62,926 nt of DNA, filler included, from Sanchytrium tribonematis (GCA_018985235.1; 19 parts of 19 records of this genome joined end to end with filler, not necessarily neighbours in it); one strand, 5' to 3'. Numbered from the whole stretch's first letter, positions 47,145-58,257 are shown. Program-made: numbers and translations. The notes: generated by a model not told the origin, from the letters alone.

Positions 47145-47873
47145 TTAAACAGCAGCAATGGTATCTAGGCTTATCAGCAGCCACCCGTGGTTGGGTAAAT
47201 CTACACAAAGTCCGAAAAAGTCTTCACTTAAACAGCCTATTGAATTTTCTATAGGAGACTTGAAAAGTCGAGCTAGAGCAGAACTGAGAACAGTAGCTGT
47301 GATAATAGCAGAGTTATCTTGATGCAACTCAATAATCTCGATAGGCAGAGAGATTGTTGTTTGTGATTCTGGTTCTGACTGTTCTAGTTTAAGGCAGTTT
47401 CCAACTGAAATTTTAACTTGGTTTCCTAAAGTCGAAAGTACTGTGGTATAGTTTCTTAGATCTGGAAGCTTGAATTTAAGACATTCTGGGAATTCAGATT
47501 CGTCTCTAAAAGTAGTCGGATGTAGTAAATCAACCTCACAAGTAAACGTGTATTGATTATAGAAGCATTTTAATTTTGGTCCTTTTACGAGAATTAGCTC
47601 AAAAGTGTCAAAAGGCTTAAATTTAGCTGCCATTTTTTGTAAAACGGGCTGTTTAATTTGTATTCCGATACATTGGGCATCTTTGTATATGTGCTTACTG
47701 CTTAAATCGATTGAATTAAAAACACTGATTTGCCCAAACATGGCTTCAGTGTAAAATATAGAGCAATCTTCGGTAAATAAAAAGTATATGCTTTCTTGAG
47801 CTGATGTGTTTTTAATTAGATGGTCTATAGATTTTTGAAAAATAGCATTGTCAACTGCAGCCCGAAATCTCAT
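47145..47873 (-). CDS. HUS1: divergent Hus1-like 9-1-1 checkpoint clamp subunit
   Basis: MRFRA start, KLPDLR, PCNA-like size and pattern. Confidence 0.6.
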   Translation of the reverse strand: MRFRAAVDNAIFQKSIDHLIKNTSAQESIYFLFTEDCSIFYTEAMFGQISVFNSIDLSSKHIYKDAQCIGIQIKQPVLQKMAAKFKPFDTFELILVKGPKLKCFYNQYTFTCEVDLLHPTTFRDESEFPECLKFKLPDLRNYTTVLSTLGNQVKISVGNCLKLEQSEPESQTTISLPIEIIELHQDNSAIITATVLSSALARLFKSPIENSIGCLSEDFFGLCVDLPNHGWLLISLDTIAAV

Positions 47874-47983
47874 TGGGAGTTTCAATGTCAGTCTCCATAT
47901 ATTCTCACTAAAGTGAGCAACTTTCGCTAACTGAATATTTATTTATATTATATTTTCAGTGTATCAATAACAGTGACAACTCA

Positions 47984-48139
47984 CTACGACCTCCCCTTAA
48001 GTGGCTGCAAACACATCCGGAAAACATCAGCACAAGCATCCCATTGAGATGTGCGCTTTGGAATATGATGCTCGAGCTGCATGGAATAAACAAACCCTAA
48101 AAAACCTGCTGAACAACCGACGATAACATTTTTGAACAT
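47984..48139 (-). CDS. 51-aa putative small membrane protein (MFKNVIVGCSAGFLGFVYSMQLEHH...)
   Basis: Manual translation; N-terminal hydrophobic helix; shares a GGAG/CTCC element with the divergent gene. Confidence 0.45.
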   Translation of the reverse strand: MFKNVIVGCSAGFLGFVYSMQLEHHIPKRTSQWDACADVFRMCLQPLKGRS

Positions 48140-48179
48140 GCTCACCTAGTTTTAAAAATTCAAGGAGATTTTAGACACA

Positions 48180-48258
48180 ATGACATGCGCTCAACTGTCA
48201 CAAATTTTGAACTCGGAAGAATTTCCCAAGATAACCAAGCATGACAATTATTTGAGCG
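48180..48258 (+). CDS. 5' fragment of an unknown gene (MTCAQLSQILNSEEFPK...)
   Basis: Open to the contig end; GGAG upstream. Confidence 0.45.
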
Positions 48259-48648
48259 NNNNNNNNNNNNNNNNNNNNNNNNNNNNNNNNNNNNNNNNNN
48301 NNTTAATTAATTAANNNNNNNNNNNNNNNNNNNNNNNNNNNNNNNNNNNNNNNNNNNNATTTTTGTTTTGCAATTTGTTTGATCAGTTTAAAAGGCGGGA
48401 TTGGCTGTTTTCGCAATGAATTTGTGTTTCATTACGAAATTTATAATCGAAAGTGGCACATTTGATAGTTAATTATCAAACCGTCACCACCGTCACCGTG
48501 GATTTGTCACCACAAATTGTTGGTAAGTGGCATACCATAGAATATAATTTTCCTACTTTTATTTGAGGAATGGAATATGGCGACAGTTTCTCCTTTCGTA
48601 AAATTCCACTTCTGTGATAGCAAGGAGATTTGAAATTATAAGTCTTGC

Positions 48649-48963
48649 ATGCAAAAGAATCGAGACTTCAATTGTCATTGGGACACGTGTTATTACACTC
48701 ATTCTGAACCTTGCGCACTATATGAACATTGCACAGAACATTTAAATGATGGATTAGTCGAGGACAGATTTATATGCAAATGGCGGCACTGTAAATTTAC
48801 ATCGAAACGGTACCACGGACTCAAAAGTCACTTAATATTACATATTCCACACCGTCCTTACATTTGTGAGGTGTGTGACAAGACTTTCAAAAGGAAATTC
48901 GATCTTAAGAAGCATAGAAAAACGGTGCATTACAGAGGCATTGATAAAAAACTATTGGACTAG
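48649..48963 (+). CDS. three-finger C2H2 protein, PacC/Rim101-like DNA-binding domain only
   Basis: CHWDTC...LYEH, CKWRHC...SH..H.P.RP, C..C.KTFKRKFDLKKH. Confidence 0.8.
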   Translation: MQKNRDFNCHWDTCYYTHSEPCALYEHCTEHLNDGLVEDRFICKWRHCKFTSKRYHGLKSHLILHIPHRPYICEVCDKTFKRKFDLKKHRKTVHYRGIDKKLLD

Positions 48964-49031
48964 TTTTTCTAATGCATTAAGTAAATTTATCTTTAGATTT
49001 CATTATTATTTATGACTGTCAGAGCAAACCC

Positions 49032-49239
49032 GAGGCATTAGATCAAATAAAATAAAATAGACGACTTTTATATAATGTGTTTCTGGTCTACGGTGTGCCA
49101 GGTAGACTATTGGAGTATTTTTAATATATATTAAAAACAGGCGCTATAAGGAAACGCCTGGAAATCTCCGCTTTTTGGTTGTTCGTCTGACATATTATAA
49201 AAATCTGAGTTAACAATCCAAATGAAGTGGCCTTGCCTC
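49032..49239. ncRNA. candidate structured non-coding RNA or element, family unassigned
   Basis: Nested complementary segments in an ORF-free region (see findings). Confidence 0.3.
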
Positions 49240-50032
49240 ATATATTTATCTCGCCTATTAATCTCATTTATTAAAAAATTGCAGCCATTGGAATCGTAAT
49301 CTTTAAAATTTTAAAATTTGAAACAACATTTTCATTATACGATCTGATGTCCCTCTTTTAATCTTGAATTAATTAGAAAAAAGTAGGCATTTGCTATGTA
49401 AAATTCCAATCTTTTTAAAACAATGCATAGAATGTTTCGATAAAAGCATAATAAGTTTTCACCACCCGAAGTGTCACTACACCTCAAGTGGAAACGACCT
49501 TGACAAGAGTGAAAAATGATTTACATGCTATTCAATGGTGTTGAATTATCATTTATCTAAACATTGTATTTTGGGAAGCAATAAAATATAGACTTGATAG
49601 TTTTTTTATTTTTCAAATGGCGTGTTGTGAGACATTTTTGTTACATAATCAAAAGTTTATGCTTGAAAAATTTTCAATTAAAATATTTAATCACTTCTTT
49701 TGGATTTAACACGACTTTTCATAATGTCATAGGTTGGAACCACATGAAAATATACTACACCACAATGAAAAAAAGCATAACATCGAACTCAATTCAAAAA
49801 ATGAAAAGAAATAATTATCAATTTAAGCTACTGTATTGTTTATAATCAAGTGCGTCAAAAATTTGACAGAATTTGCTTTGCATCAATTTGAACATTATTA
49901 AAACGAATGGGGAATAGCAGTCGATAAATAATNNNNNNNNNNNNNNNNNNNNNNNNNNNNNNNNNNNNNNNNNNNNTTAATTAATTAANNNNNNNNNNNN
50001 NNNNNNNNNNNNNNNNNNNNNNNNNNNNNNNN

Positions 50033-50697
50033 AGCCGTAGATATTAATGATAGACTTTTAGCGTCCTATCAGTTCAAGAGAAAGGATAGGGAGTGGTTGA
50101 AATCTTTTTTTTATTACATTTTGAATTTGATAGTTGTGAATAGCTACTTGTTATACAAACTAGACGCAGAAGAACATGGTCATCAGCCAATGTCTCACTT
50201 AAAGTTTAGACGACAATTATCAAATCAATTAATGCTGTTTGGTCGTGAACAAATGGAAACAATTGTACAACAGTCTTTGAACGGAAAAGTAGATATCACA
50301 AGAAAATTAAATCAACCATTAACTGCAGCATTAGAGAATTGGAAGCAGTTTATGATCATACGTTCAGATGTACCTCAAAAAGACAAAAAAGGGGTAATAG
50401 ACACATACAGAATGCCTGCACATTTAAAGGAAAGGTGATTTTTATTAATTTAGTGGCAATCACTGGATGGTGGAAATCCAAGGGATCCTCAAAGACTCTG
50501 CTAGACCAAGATGCATGTACAAAGACTGCTGGAATAAAGTAAACACAGCTTGTAATAAATGCCACGTTGCTTTGTGCGGAAAGCACTTTAATGTGTGGCA
50601 TTGGGAATACAAATGCTGCCACTACATTCCAAGAAATAAATTATAAATTTTATCTGGTCGTGACGACCTTCAAGGTCATTTAGAGATTTTTAAAGGG
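50033..50697 (+). mobile_element. piggyBac-like DNA transposon, 3' part: transposase C-terminus to TAA 50646 and putative right end ...TAAAGGG
   Basis: AVDINDRLLASY..KRK...W...F...LNL..VNSYLLY; after splicing, Cys-rich RC...C......C..C.V.LC..HF..WH domain; end AGGG followed by TAAA. Confidence 0.88.
50435..50453 (+). other. 19-nt spliceosomal intron in the transposase (GTGATTTTTATTAATTTAG)
   Basis: Removes TGA and brings the piggyBac cysteine-rich domain into frame. Confidence 0.9.
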
Positions 50698-50716
50698 TAA
50701 AACAAAAATTTGCCAT

Positions 50717-51594
50717 TTATTTGACCCTGATTTCAGAAACCTGTAACCGATTGGATGAGGTATTAAACCCGAACTGATTATGGGGTAACTTGATTTTAAT
50801 AGACATATTCAAGTAATTCTCATAACATTTTCTCAATGTAAAAAGAAGGGAGATTGGCCGGTATTCAGTCATTCCTGATGGTTGTGGTACTTTAGGAATT
50901 GGAATCAAAGTGGATGAGCCCATTTGGGTTGGAATAAAACCAGTGTCAAACATTATTTGAAATACTTTTAGTAAAATTTGAAGTAATGATAAAGGAGCAT
51001 AAATGAGACTTTCATTTGGTATATCTCGTACTCCATATGCCTTTCTCTTTGGTAATTTATTTATCATTTGTTTAAATTGTTCGTAATCAATCACATGTCT
51101 TTCTCCCGTGTGAAACTCAAATCTTTCATTTATTTGTTCTAGTGTGATATTTTCATGCTGCAACATTGGGCTGCAAATATTCCTATTATATTGATTAATA
51201 TTGTTGACATCTAGGTTATAATTAATAAATACTCATGATATTCTGCAATATTAGTCATTTTGGCGTCCCGAACTATCTGTGTGTATAAATTATAATCAAT
51301 AATATGTAAATCCTGTGTGTTTAAAGAATTTGGAAAATTAATAGAATTATGACGTTTTGGTGTAAATTTACCAATGCTTTCATTCAGACTTACTTTAATA
51401 CATGAATGAATTGATTTGACTGCATTGGACAGATCATTCATGCAGCTAATGGAATTAACTTGATTTTCAATATTCCTTTCAATTAATAAATTCTCTAATT
51501 TAGAAGTGTATTCTGCTCTTTTTTCTTGCATTTCTATTTTGTTAACCCTAAATTGACTGCCACGAAATACTTCAGATGTGGATTTTACCAGTTT
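50717..51594 (-). pseudogene. degenerate LINE ORF2 fragment (frameshifted, RT truncated)
   Basis: KAYGVRDIPNE, IPIPK, EYRPISLL, NQFGF; frameshift near 51225; RT stops after QFGF. Confidence 0.8.
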
Positions 51595-51694
51595 NNNNNN
51601 NNNNNNNNNNNNNNNNNNNNNNNNNNNNNNNNNNNNNNTTAATTAATTAANNNNNNNNNNNNNNNNNNNNNNNNNNNNNNNNNNNNNNNNNNNN

Positions 51695-52627
51695 ACAAAA
51701 AAGTGGTATTATTATGGCATGGGTTTTTAATGTGTTCTGAAGTATGGGTGTGTCATCCTGACTCAATTGCAAAGTATTTGAATGAATTGGGATATGATGT
51801 ATGGCTTGCAAATACCCGTGGTAACAAATATTCTAAAAAACATGTTTCACTTGATATTGATTCTGAAGCATTTTGGAATTTCTCAATTGATGAAGTAGCT
51901 CAATTTGATGTACCTGCTGTGACGGATTATATTCTACAGTATACCAAACAATCCAAATTGAGTTATATTGGATTTTCACAGGGTACTTCCCAATTTTTTG
52001 CTGCTTTGAGCATTAATCAGGATTTACAAAATAAAATTGACAAATTTATAGCACTGGCTGCTGTAATTCGTCCCCTTCCTTTGCGTAAAACCATTCCTGC
52101 TTCATTAATCCAAAGTTCTCCCAGTTTACTCTATTTATTATTTGGTAGAAAAGCCATATTTGCAAGTGCTGCTTATTGGGGAAACACCCTTAGTCCATCT
52201 TTATTCAGATCTATGCTTGATACGGCCATGAATATCTTATTTGGATGGAATTTGAGTCTGATGGATAAAGAACAAAAAGTAGTTTATTTTCACGTAGTTG
52301 ACACTTTATAGACATTTATATAGCACCAGTTCAGTCAAAGCAGTCGTACACTGGTTCCAAATCATTGAAAAAGAAGAATTGGGCATGTTTATCAACAAAC
52401 CCGATCAATTCAGTAAGCAACCCCGATATCCCATTGAATTAATCAAAACCCCTGTTTATATCGCATTAGGTACCCGTGATACATTATCAGATAAGCCATA
52501 TTTAGAATCTAAATTACAAAATTGTGAAATATTAGAATTACCCAATTATGAACATTTGGATGTAATTTGGAGTGCTACTGTCAAACAAGATGTATTTCCA
52601 TTTTTAAAAAGAATTTTGAATAAATAA
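51695..52627 (+). CDS. Tgl1-like sterol esterase/acid lipase (5' truncated), 2 exons visible
   Basis: LWHGF, GYDVWLANTRGNKYS, GFSQG, HLYSTSSVKAVVHWFQ, YEHLD. Confidence 0.92.
52279..52297 (+). other. 19-nt spliceosomal intron (GTAGTTTATTTTCACGTAG)
   Basis: Gives EQK^LTLYRHLYSTS in frame. Confidence 0.9.
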
Positions 52628-52628
52628 T

Positions 52629-53255
52629 TTAATAAGGCACTTGTTCTTGATAGTTGGCTTCTAAAATCTTGACAATTTCAATGAATTTTTTTGGCAATCG
52701 TGCGCATGAAAATACAACTGATTCACGATTTACATTTGGCCTCATTCTTTTTAATCGCTGATTTAATTTAAGCGAGTCGTGTGCATTTGTACCATTAAAA
52801 AAGATGGCATCTCCTGTTTTCATTTCTTTAAAATAATATGCAGTATTTTGTGGTTTTCCTTGTGGAACAATTGCTAATGGAAAGTCCATAATCTTTTTAC
52901 CAATATTAATCCACAAATTGTACATGTGAAACCAAATTTCTTCATCACGATATTTCTGTAGCACCATTTTTTTGATCTTCATTCAATTGCGTTTGATAGT
53001 CTGGATAATCACTATAAATAACATTCACCAATACCTTAGATGAGTAATAGTCTCTATGTAATCCTTCTACGTAACTACTAGTACATTTAAAAAATCTTGT
53101 GATCCCCGGACAAAATGCATCGTCGACCATTTGGTGCGTACATAACGATTTACCTTTTCAAGAATGGGGCGTCGATGATGTCGCATCCAACACGTTATAT
53201 CAAAGCGTGATTGGATGTAATTTAGATCAAAATGATCTAATTGATCTAGTCAATT
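52629..53255 (-). pseudogene. frameshifted CmcJ/NvfI/AsaB-like oxidoreductase remnant
   Basis: HFVR, LHRD, YNLWIN, DFPLA, YYF.EM..GD, AH, RESV spread over frames; no 19-nt intron repairs it. Confidence 0.4.
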
Positions 53256-53606
53256 NNNNNNNNNNNNNNNNNNNNNNNNNNNNNNNNNNNNNNNNNNNNT
53301 TAATTAATTAANNNNNNNNNNNNNNNNNNNNNNNNNNNNNNNNNNNNNNNNNNNNAATTGGGGATTGATGTGATTAATGAAGAAATGGATCAAATAGACG
53401 CATAGATCATGTTTCAACACGAGGTGATGATGAGAGGAGGTGACAAATTGCATCATTTGGAGTCATCACGTGTTTTTAGAGTGATCTGTGTACTAGATGT
53501 ATCAAAAATGAATTGGAAATGGACTGAAATGGCAATCATATTAATGTGAATATGTCATGACTATTGATTTGAATGAAATGTACATGGAGGGGTCCCGTGA
53601 AACAAT

Positions 53607-53843
53607 ATGAGTTGGGACAGTTTTTTAAATGATACATCAGGATTCTTAGGAATTGGAGGGAATTGGGTCATATTTATCATTGTTGTATTGGGATTATTAT
53701 TTATTATGTTTACAATGTGCTGTTGTTGTGCAAAATGTAGAAGAGTGAGGAAGAATGTACGACGAAAACGAAGAGATCGAAATAGAGATTCTGCATATTT
53801 GTATAATCAACCTATTCAATTGGTAGATACAACACATTACTAA
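53607..53843 (+). CDS. 78-aa single-TM protein with Cys cluster and basic tail
   Basis: TM segment followed by MCCCCAKCRR; GGAG upstream; TAATAAA stop. Confidence 0.7.
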   Translation: MSWDSFLNDTSGFLGIGGNWVIFIIVVLGLLFIMFTMCCCCAKCRRVRKNVRRKRRDRNRDSAYLYNQPIQLVDTTHY

Positions 53844-53848
53844 TAAAT

Positions 53849-54904
53849 TTATTCATTATTGTTTTGTTGGAGCATATCTTGGAAATTGAAATCCGATGGA
53901 AATTGATTTTGGAATTCATTTTGATCTAGTGGTTTTTGTGCTTCTGGATGTAATCTGATATATTCAGCAACTTCTTTGGCTTCTTGTTCTTTAATTTCAT
54001 CTTCTGTTGGTGGTATTCTATTAAATTTGGGTCTATTTGGAACTGGGAATCTTTCATAATATTGAACACCAGTCCTTTCTCTGCCTCTGGATCCATCTAA
54101 ATAGGGTTGACATTCAAATGTATCACCATATTCTTCCCAATTAGATAATGCGATGCTTTCATCTGCTGTAAATGGAGCGTCTTTATGAAATCGATCTGTA
54201 AAATCATTTTGTTCTATTTTAATTTCATTATAAACTGATTCTGTGTAAGCCACTTTAACACGTGGTACCATCATCATTTTAGAGTATCCATTTTTAATAA
54301 AATCCATACATAATGTTTGGCATTCACTCGCAGCACATTCTCCATCTTGAAATTCTGTAATTTTTGAAGCATTTCGATTATTGCCCCGTCTAAATTGAAT
54401 GCCATTATAAAATGGAATTGGATTCATACTCACCATTCCATTCCATATGCAGCCTACTTGAACGGGTAATTGATTTAATCCTCTTTGTCTGGATTTATAA
54501 TCAAAAAAGAAATTATCATTTTGATACATTTTAAAGTGTTTGCCACTTAGATCTAAAGAAACCCATACATCATATATAGTAGGGAATTTACGACCCCATG
54601 TTACTTTGATATAATCTATTCCACCTACTAAATCGGCGTGATTTAAATTTCTTTGATATTCTAATTCTAATAAATCATTTGCACACATAAATACATCATT
54701 TATAAACAGAATAGAGTCGTATTGGTTTCTATGTAGTTGTTTCATGGCCATATTGCGTATATTTGTCAAATAATCTATTCGATTCATTTGATTTGTTAAT
54801 TTTAATGGACTAGTAGAAATATGGTGTTTGACACCATGTAGACTCAATAAATCAGTCAATTCTTCTACTTTTCTTTTGTTTGCTTGAACTATAAGTAGTA
54901 TCAA
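53849..54904 (-). CDS. CAP59/Cmt1-like GT69 alpha-1,3-mannosyltransferase (5' truncated)
   Basis: RIDYL..IRN, FINDVF.C, YDVWV, PVQV.CIWNG, GECAASEC. Confidence 0.88.
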   Translation of the reverse strand: MILLIVQANKRKVEELTDLLSLHGVKHHISTSPLKLTNQMNRIDYLTNIRNMAMKQLHRNQYDSILFINDVFMCANDLLELEYQRNLNHADLVGGIDYIKVTWGRKFPTIYDVWVSLDLSGKHFKMYQNDNFFFDYKSRQRGLNQLPVQVGCIWNGMVSMNPIPFYNGIQFRRGNNRNASKITEFQDGECAASECQTLCMDFIKNGYSKMMMVPRVKVAYTESVYNEIKIEQNDFTDRFHKDAPFTADESIALSNWEEYGDTFECQPYLDGSRGRERTGVQYYERFPVPNRPKFNRIPPTEDEIKEQEAKEVAEYIRLHPEAQKPLDQNEFQNQFPSDFNFQDMLQQNNNE

Positions 54905-55004
54905 NNNNNNNNNNNNNNNNNNNNNNNNNNNNNNNNNNNNNNNNNNNNTTAATTAATTAANNNNNNNNNNNNNNNNNNNNNNNNNNNNNNNNNNNNNNNN
55001 NNNN

Positions 55005-55371
55005 GAAGGAGGACATGGCAGTGGTTTTCCAGAAATGGCTCGAATGGCAATATCATCAATACACTCAATTGTGGCTTACTAGTGGGTGCCACTAAATTGA
55101 AATATTCATAATATTTGTGATTATTTGTGGATGATTTGGTATTAATTTGAGAGAATGACTCGGGCGTATTGCCTTTTTTATCTTGAATGGATGTATCTGC
55201 TCCTAATTCAATCAAATAATCCACTAATTGGGTATAATGGAAATAATGGGCGTAATGCAATGCGGTTAATCCCAAATCATCTTGTAGATTGAGTAAATCG
55301 GGTTGTTCTTGTAGATATTGCTTGACGAGTGACTGCTGATTAGAGGAGACAGCAAAGAAGAAATGTTTCAT
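55005..55371 (-). CDS. ankyrin-repeat protein, 5' part
   Basis: QDDLGLTALHYA...LVDYLIELGAD..IQDKKGNTP. Confidence 0.8.
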
Positions 55372-55611
55372 GGAACAAATTGCAAATTTGCAAACTAAAA
55401 GTAATTAAAATGATCTGTGGTCCAATCACAGTATGTATTTATTCAAACTTGATTTTGAGAAATAACGAGGATATTAGAGCGAGTAGAATACCAGACAATA
55501 TCCCAATTTCGTAAATGAAATGTGTTTGCTCCATGGTTTCACTGGGATCACCAGATCAAATGTCACAAAATAGATCAAATTGGGTACAAATCTCTACGAG
55601 AAACACAGATG

Positions 55612-55860
55612 TTATTTATTCTTGTAGTGTCTCTTATTATAGCTCTTTTGTTTGCGCGAATGTTTGTCCATTCTAGGCTTACCATCTGAGTTGAACAACG
55701 CCATGATTTTTTTAAGTTCTATATCTTCTGGTGGCTCTTCTTCAGGGTCTGTCTGCATACCTGTGTGTCTCATTTTCAATTTGTATCTGATTTTATCAAA
55801 TTCTTCATAGTGTACCAACTTGAATGTCTCTATCATTATTTGCTGATCAATAAATCCCAT
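55612..55860 (-). CDS. small unknown protein with basic C-terminus
   Basis: ATG ORF between two genes. Confidence 0.45.
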   Translation of the reverse strand: MGFIDQQIMIETFKLVHYEEFDKIRYKLKMRHTGMQTDPEEEPPEDIELKKIMALFNSDGKPRMDKHSRKQKSYNKRHYKNK

Positions 55861-55908
55861 TTCAACTGTTTCACAATTTGACACGTGCAATTAGATTTTA
55901 CGGATTTA

Positions 55909-56528
55909 TTAAGTACTCTCACATTCTATGCACTCAAAATCATTTGATTTTTTGAATTCATTTCTTGTTTCTACATTTTCAAATAAAATGACGCAATTGG
56001 CACCCGCATCAAAAGAATAGCCACATTTGACTGTATTTTCATTAAATTGATGAACTAAATCTATTAATTCATAGCTAAGATCATTCAAATAGTGTATAGG
56101 TGGCCAAGAATCCAAGCAACACGCATGAAAATTCATGGCATCTTGCATCATGAGGGTAAAAATGGATTTGTAATCCATATTTTGAATAAATAATTGCATT
56201 TGATTGATTTTAAATGGAATACTGGTCAATCTGGACTGAAATAATTGGGATGTTTTGACAGTTTGCTGCATTCCATTTGTCGATGAAATTGATTTTTGGG
56301 TTTTATTCAAAATATAAATCAAGGCATAAAAATGCATTTTAGAGGGTATCTGAATGGCATGACATTCAGAATGTGGTAATAAATGGGATATTGAAGAGTC
56401 AATTGGGGATGAAAATTGCCATTTTGCAAATCCATCATAAATGGATCTACACGCACTGCCACTCACCAGACGAGCTAATACACTCAATTCTAATTGATTT
56501 AAATGCAATTGATATATTTCATTCAGTC
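55909..56528 (-). CDS. MVD1: diphosphomevalonate decarboxylase, 3' part
   Basis: ARLVSGSACRS, SSTNGMQ.TV.TS, FHACCLDSWPPI.YLN, YSFDAGAN. Confidence 0.93.
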
Positions 56529-56628
56529 NNNNNNNNNNNNNNNNNNNNNNNNNNNNNNNNNNNNNNNNNNNNTTAATTAATTAANNNNNNNNNNNNNNNN
56601 NNNNNNNNNNNNNNNNNNNNNNNNNNNN

Positions 56629-58148
56629 GGTTGAAAGCCACTTGGTTGTGGAGGTTGGAAACCTTGACCAGCTGGTTGAGGTGGCTGGTATCCAGAAGGT
56701 TGAGGTGGCTGGTATCCAGAAGGTTGAGGTGGCTGGTATCCAGAAGGTTGAGGTGGTTGATATCCAGCTGGTTGTGGCGGCTGATACCCTGAGGGCTGTG
56801 GCGGTTGATAACTATTTGGCTGTGGCGGTTGAAAGCCTTGTGACGGTGAAGATTGTTGATAACTTGGTTGGGCTGGTTGATAGCCAGAAGATTGTGACGG
56901 CTGGTATGTTTGCGGTTGGTAATTGTTGCTAGCAGGTTGCTGGTAACCTTGGTAACCAGGTTGAGATGTCGACTGAGGGTTATAAGATGTTGGAGCAGCA
57001 TTATATTGAGATTGAGGAGGCGTGTATTGTTGCGTTTGATAATTTGTATTTGCATATTGACTTTGGTTTGCAGCCCATGTATTTTCAGAAGGGTACTGAT
57101 CATATGCATCTATGGATGCTTGAACTTCTCCCTCCACATCAACAAATTCAAATGGAGGTTCAACTTCTTCGTGGCTTTGAATTTCTAGGCTCGAGTGTAT
57201 TTTATACCTAATTTGTGAAACATTCAAGCTTTCATAGGCATTAACAGGTATCCTGTTTAGCATAAGCAAGGCCAGTTCTGAATTGAAATAAGAAATATAT
57301 TCGCTGGATTGCATTAAAATAAGGTTGTAAATGTAAGGACCAGAATAAATTTGCCCCATCAAATGCTCTACAGCGTTAATTTGCAGTGTTAGTGTGTATA
57401 GGTGATGAAGTTGAGCAACTGTTGTAATATTTTCAAGTTCCTTTAAATTATCTAAAGACTGAAATATTTCAACCAATTCTCCTCCATTGATGTCTAAAAT
57501 ATATTCTGATATTAATCCTTTTATGACAATATCTATGTCTCTTGCTAAAACTCCACAAATGACAAGTGGTTTAATGGTTTCAGGGGATAGCTCAGCCAAC
57601 AATTTTTCTTTACATATTCCAGCAACTGTTTTCACTTGCTCTGCATCACCATAAGTGAGCGCGAGAATGAGAGATGTTTTATAATCATGGGTTTTGCCAT
57701 ATTCTTCAAATTCCTTATTTATAATGCAATATAACAAAAATTCATTGCTATTAAGACCTTGAGAATCAAGAGATTGGAGGTAGAGCAATCTAACAGACTT
57801 GTACAGATCGTTACTTCCCAAACCCGCGATTGTGAGTGCTGTGGTAAAATCATTTTGTTCAATTGCGTGTCTACAGGCATTGTGAAATTGTCCACTAAGC
57901 AAAAAGTTTTGCAAAGTCGGATCACTTGTACCGTTTTTGTTACTAACTTTCACCGCTGGTACTTCTAGTGGTGTATCCTGGACATCTGATTCTTTGTAAT
58001 CAAAATCAGGTCTAGCCAATCCACTGTTTAAAGCATTAACCAAAATTTGCCTACCATTTTCACCCAAAGATTCTAACACGTACCAAATGAAATGGTTGTC
58101 GATTCTTTCTTTGCAAAGTTTGATATAAGCTTCGTCAGATGCTTCTTT
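56629..58148 (-). CDS. SEC31: COPII coat Sec31-like, internal fragment
   Basis: LLSGQF..A...AI.....ALTIA..G...LY ACE1-like region followed by a P/Q/Y-rich tract. Confidence 0.7.
56631..56900 (-). repeat. coding tandem repeat with 24-nt unit (PPQPSGYQ)n
   Basis: Consecutive near-identical CCACCTCAACCTTCTGGATACCAG units with degenerate flanks. Confidence 0.9.
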
Positions 58149-58257
58149 NNNNNNNNNNNNNNNNNNNNNNNNNNNNNNNNNNNNNNNNNNNNTTAATTAA
58201 TTAANNNNNNNNNNNNNNNNNNNNNNNNNNNNNNNNNNNNNNNNNNNNGGGTAAAAC

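Noticed and set aside
48092..48106. AAACCCTAAA telomere/telomerase-template-like string
   Set aside because: Single copy, explained as the antisense of codons in the 47984-48139 small ORF
49594..49845. 83-aa TTG-start ORF
   Set aside because: AT-rich low-complexity translation with no motif; probably non-coding
50697..50720. piggyBac and LINE as one composite element
   Set aside because: Opposite orientation and the LINE is decayed and truncated; nested or adjacent insertion is the simpler explanation
52294..52311. Alternative 18-nt intron GTAGTTGACACTTTATAG in the lipase
   Set aside because: Leaves the frame unchanged and hits a TAG four codons later; the 19-nt 52279-52297 solution restores the frame
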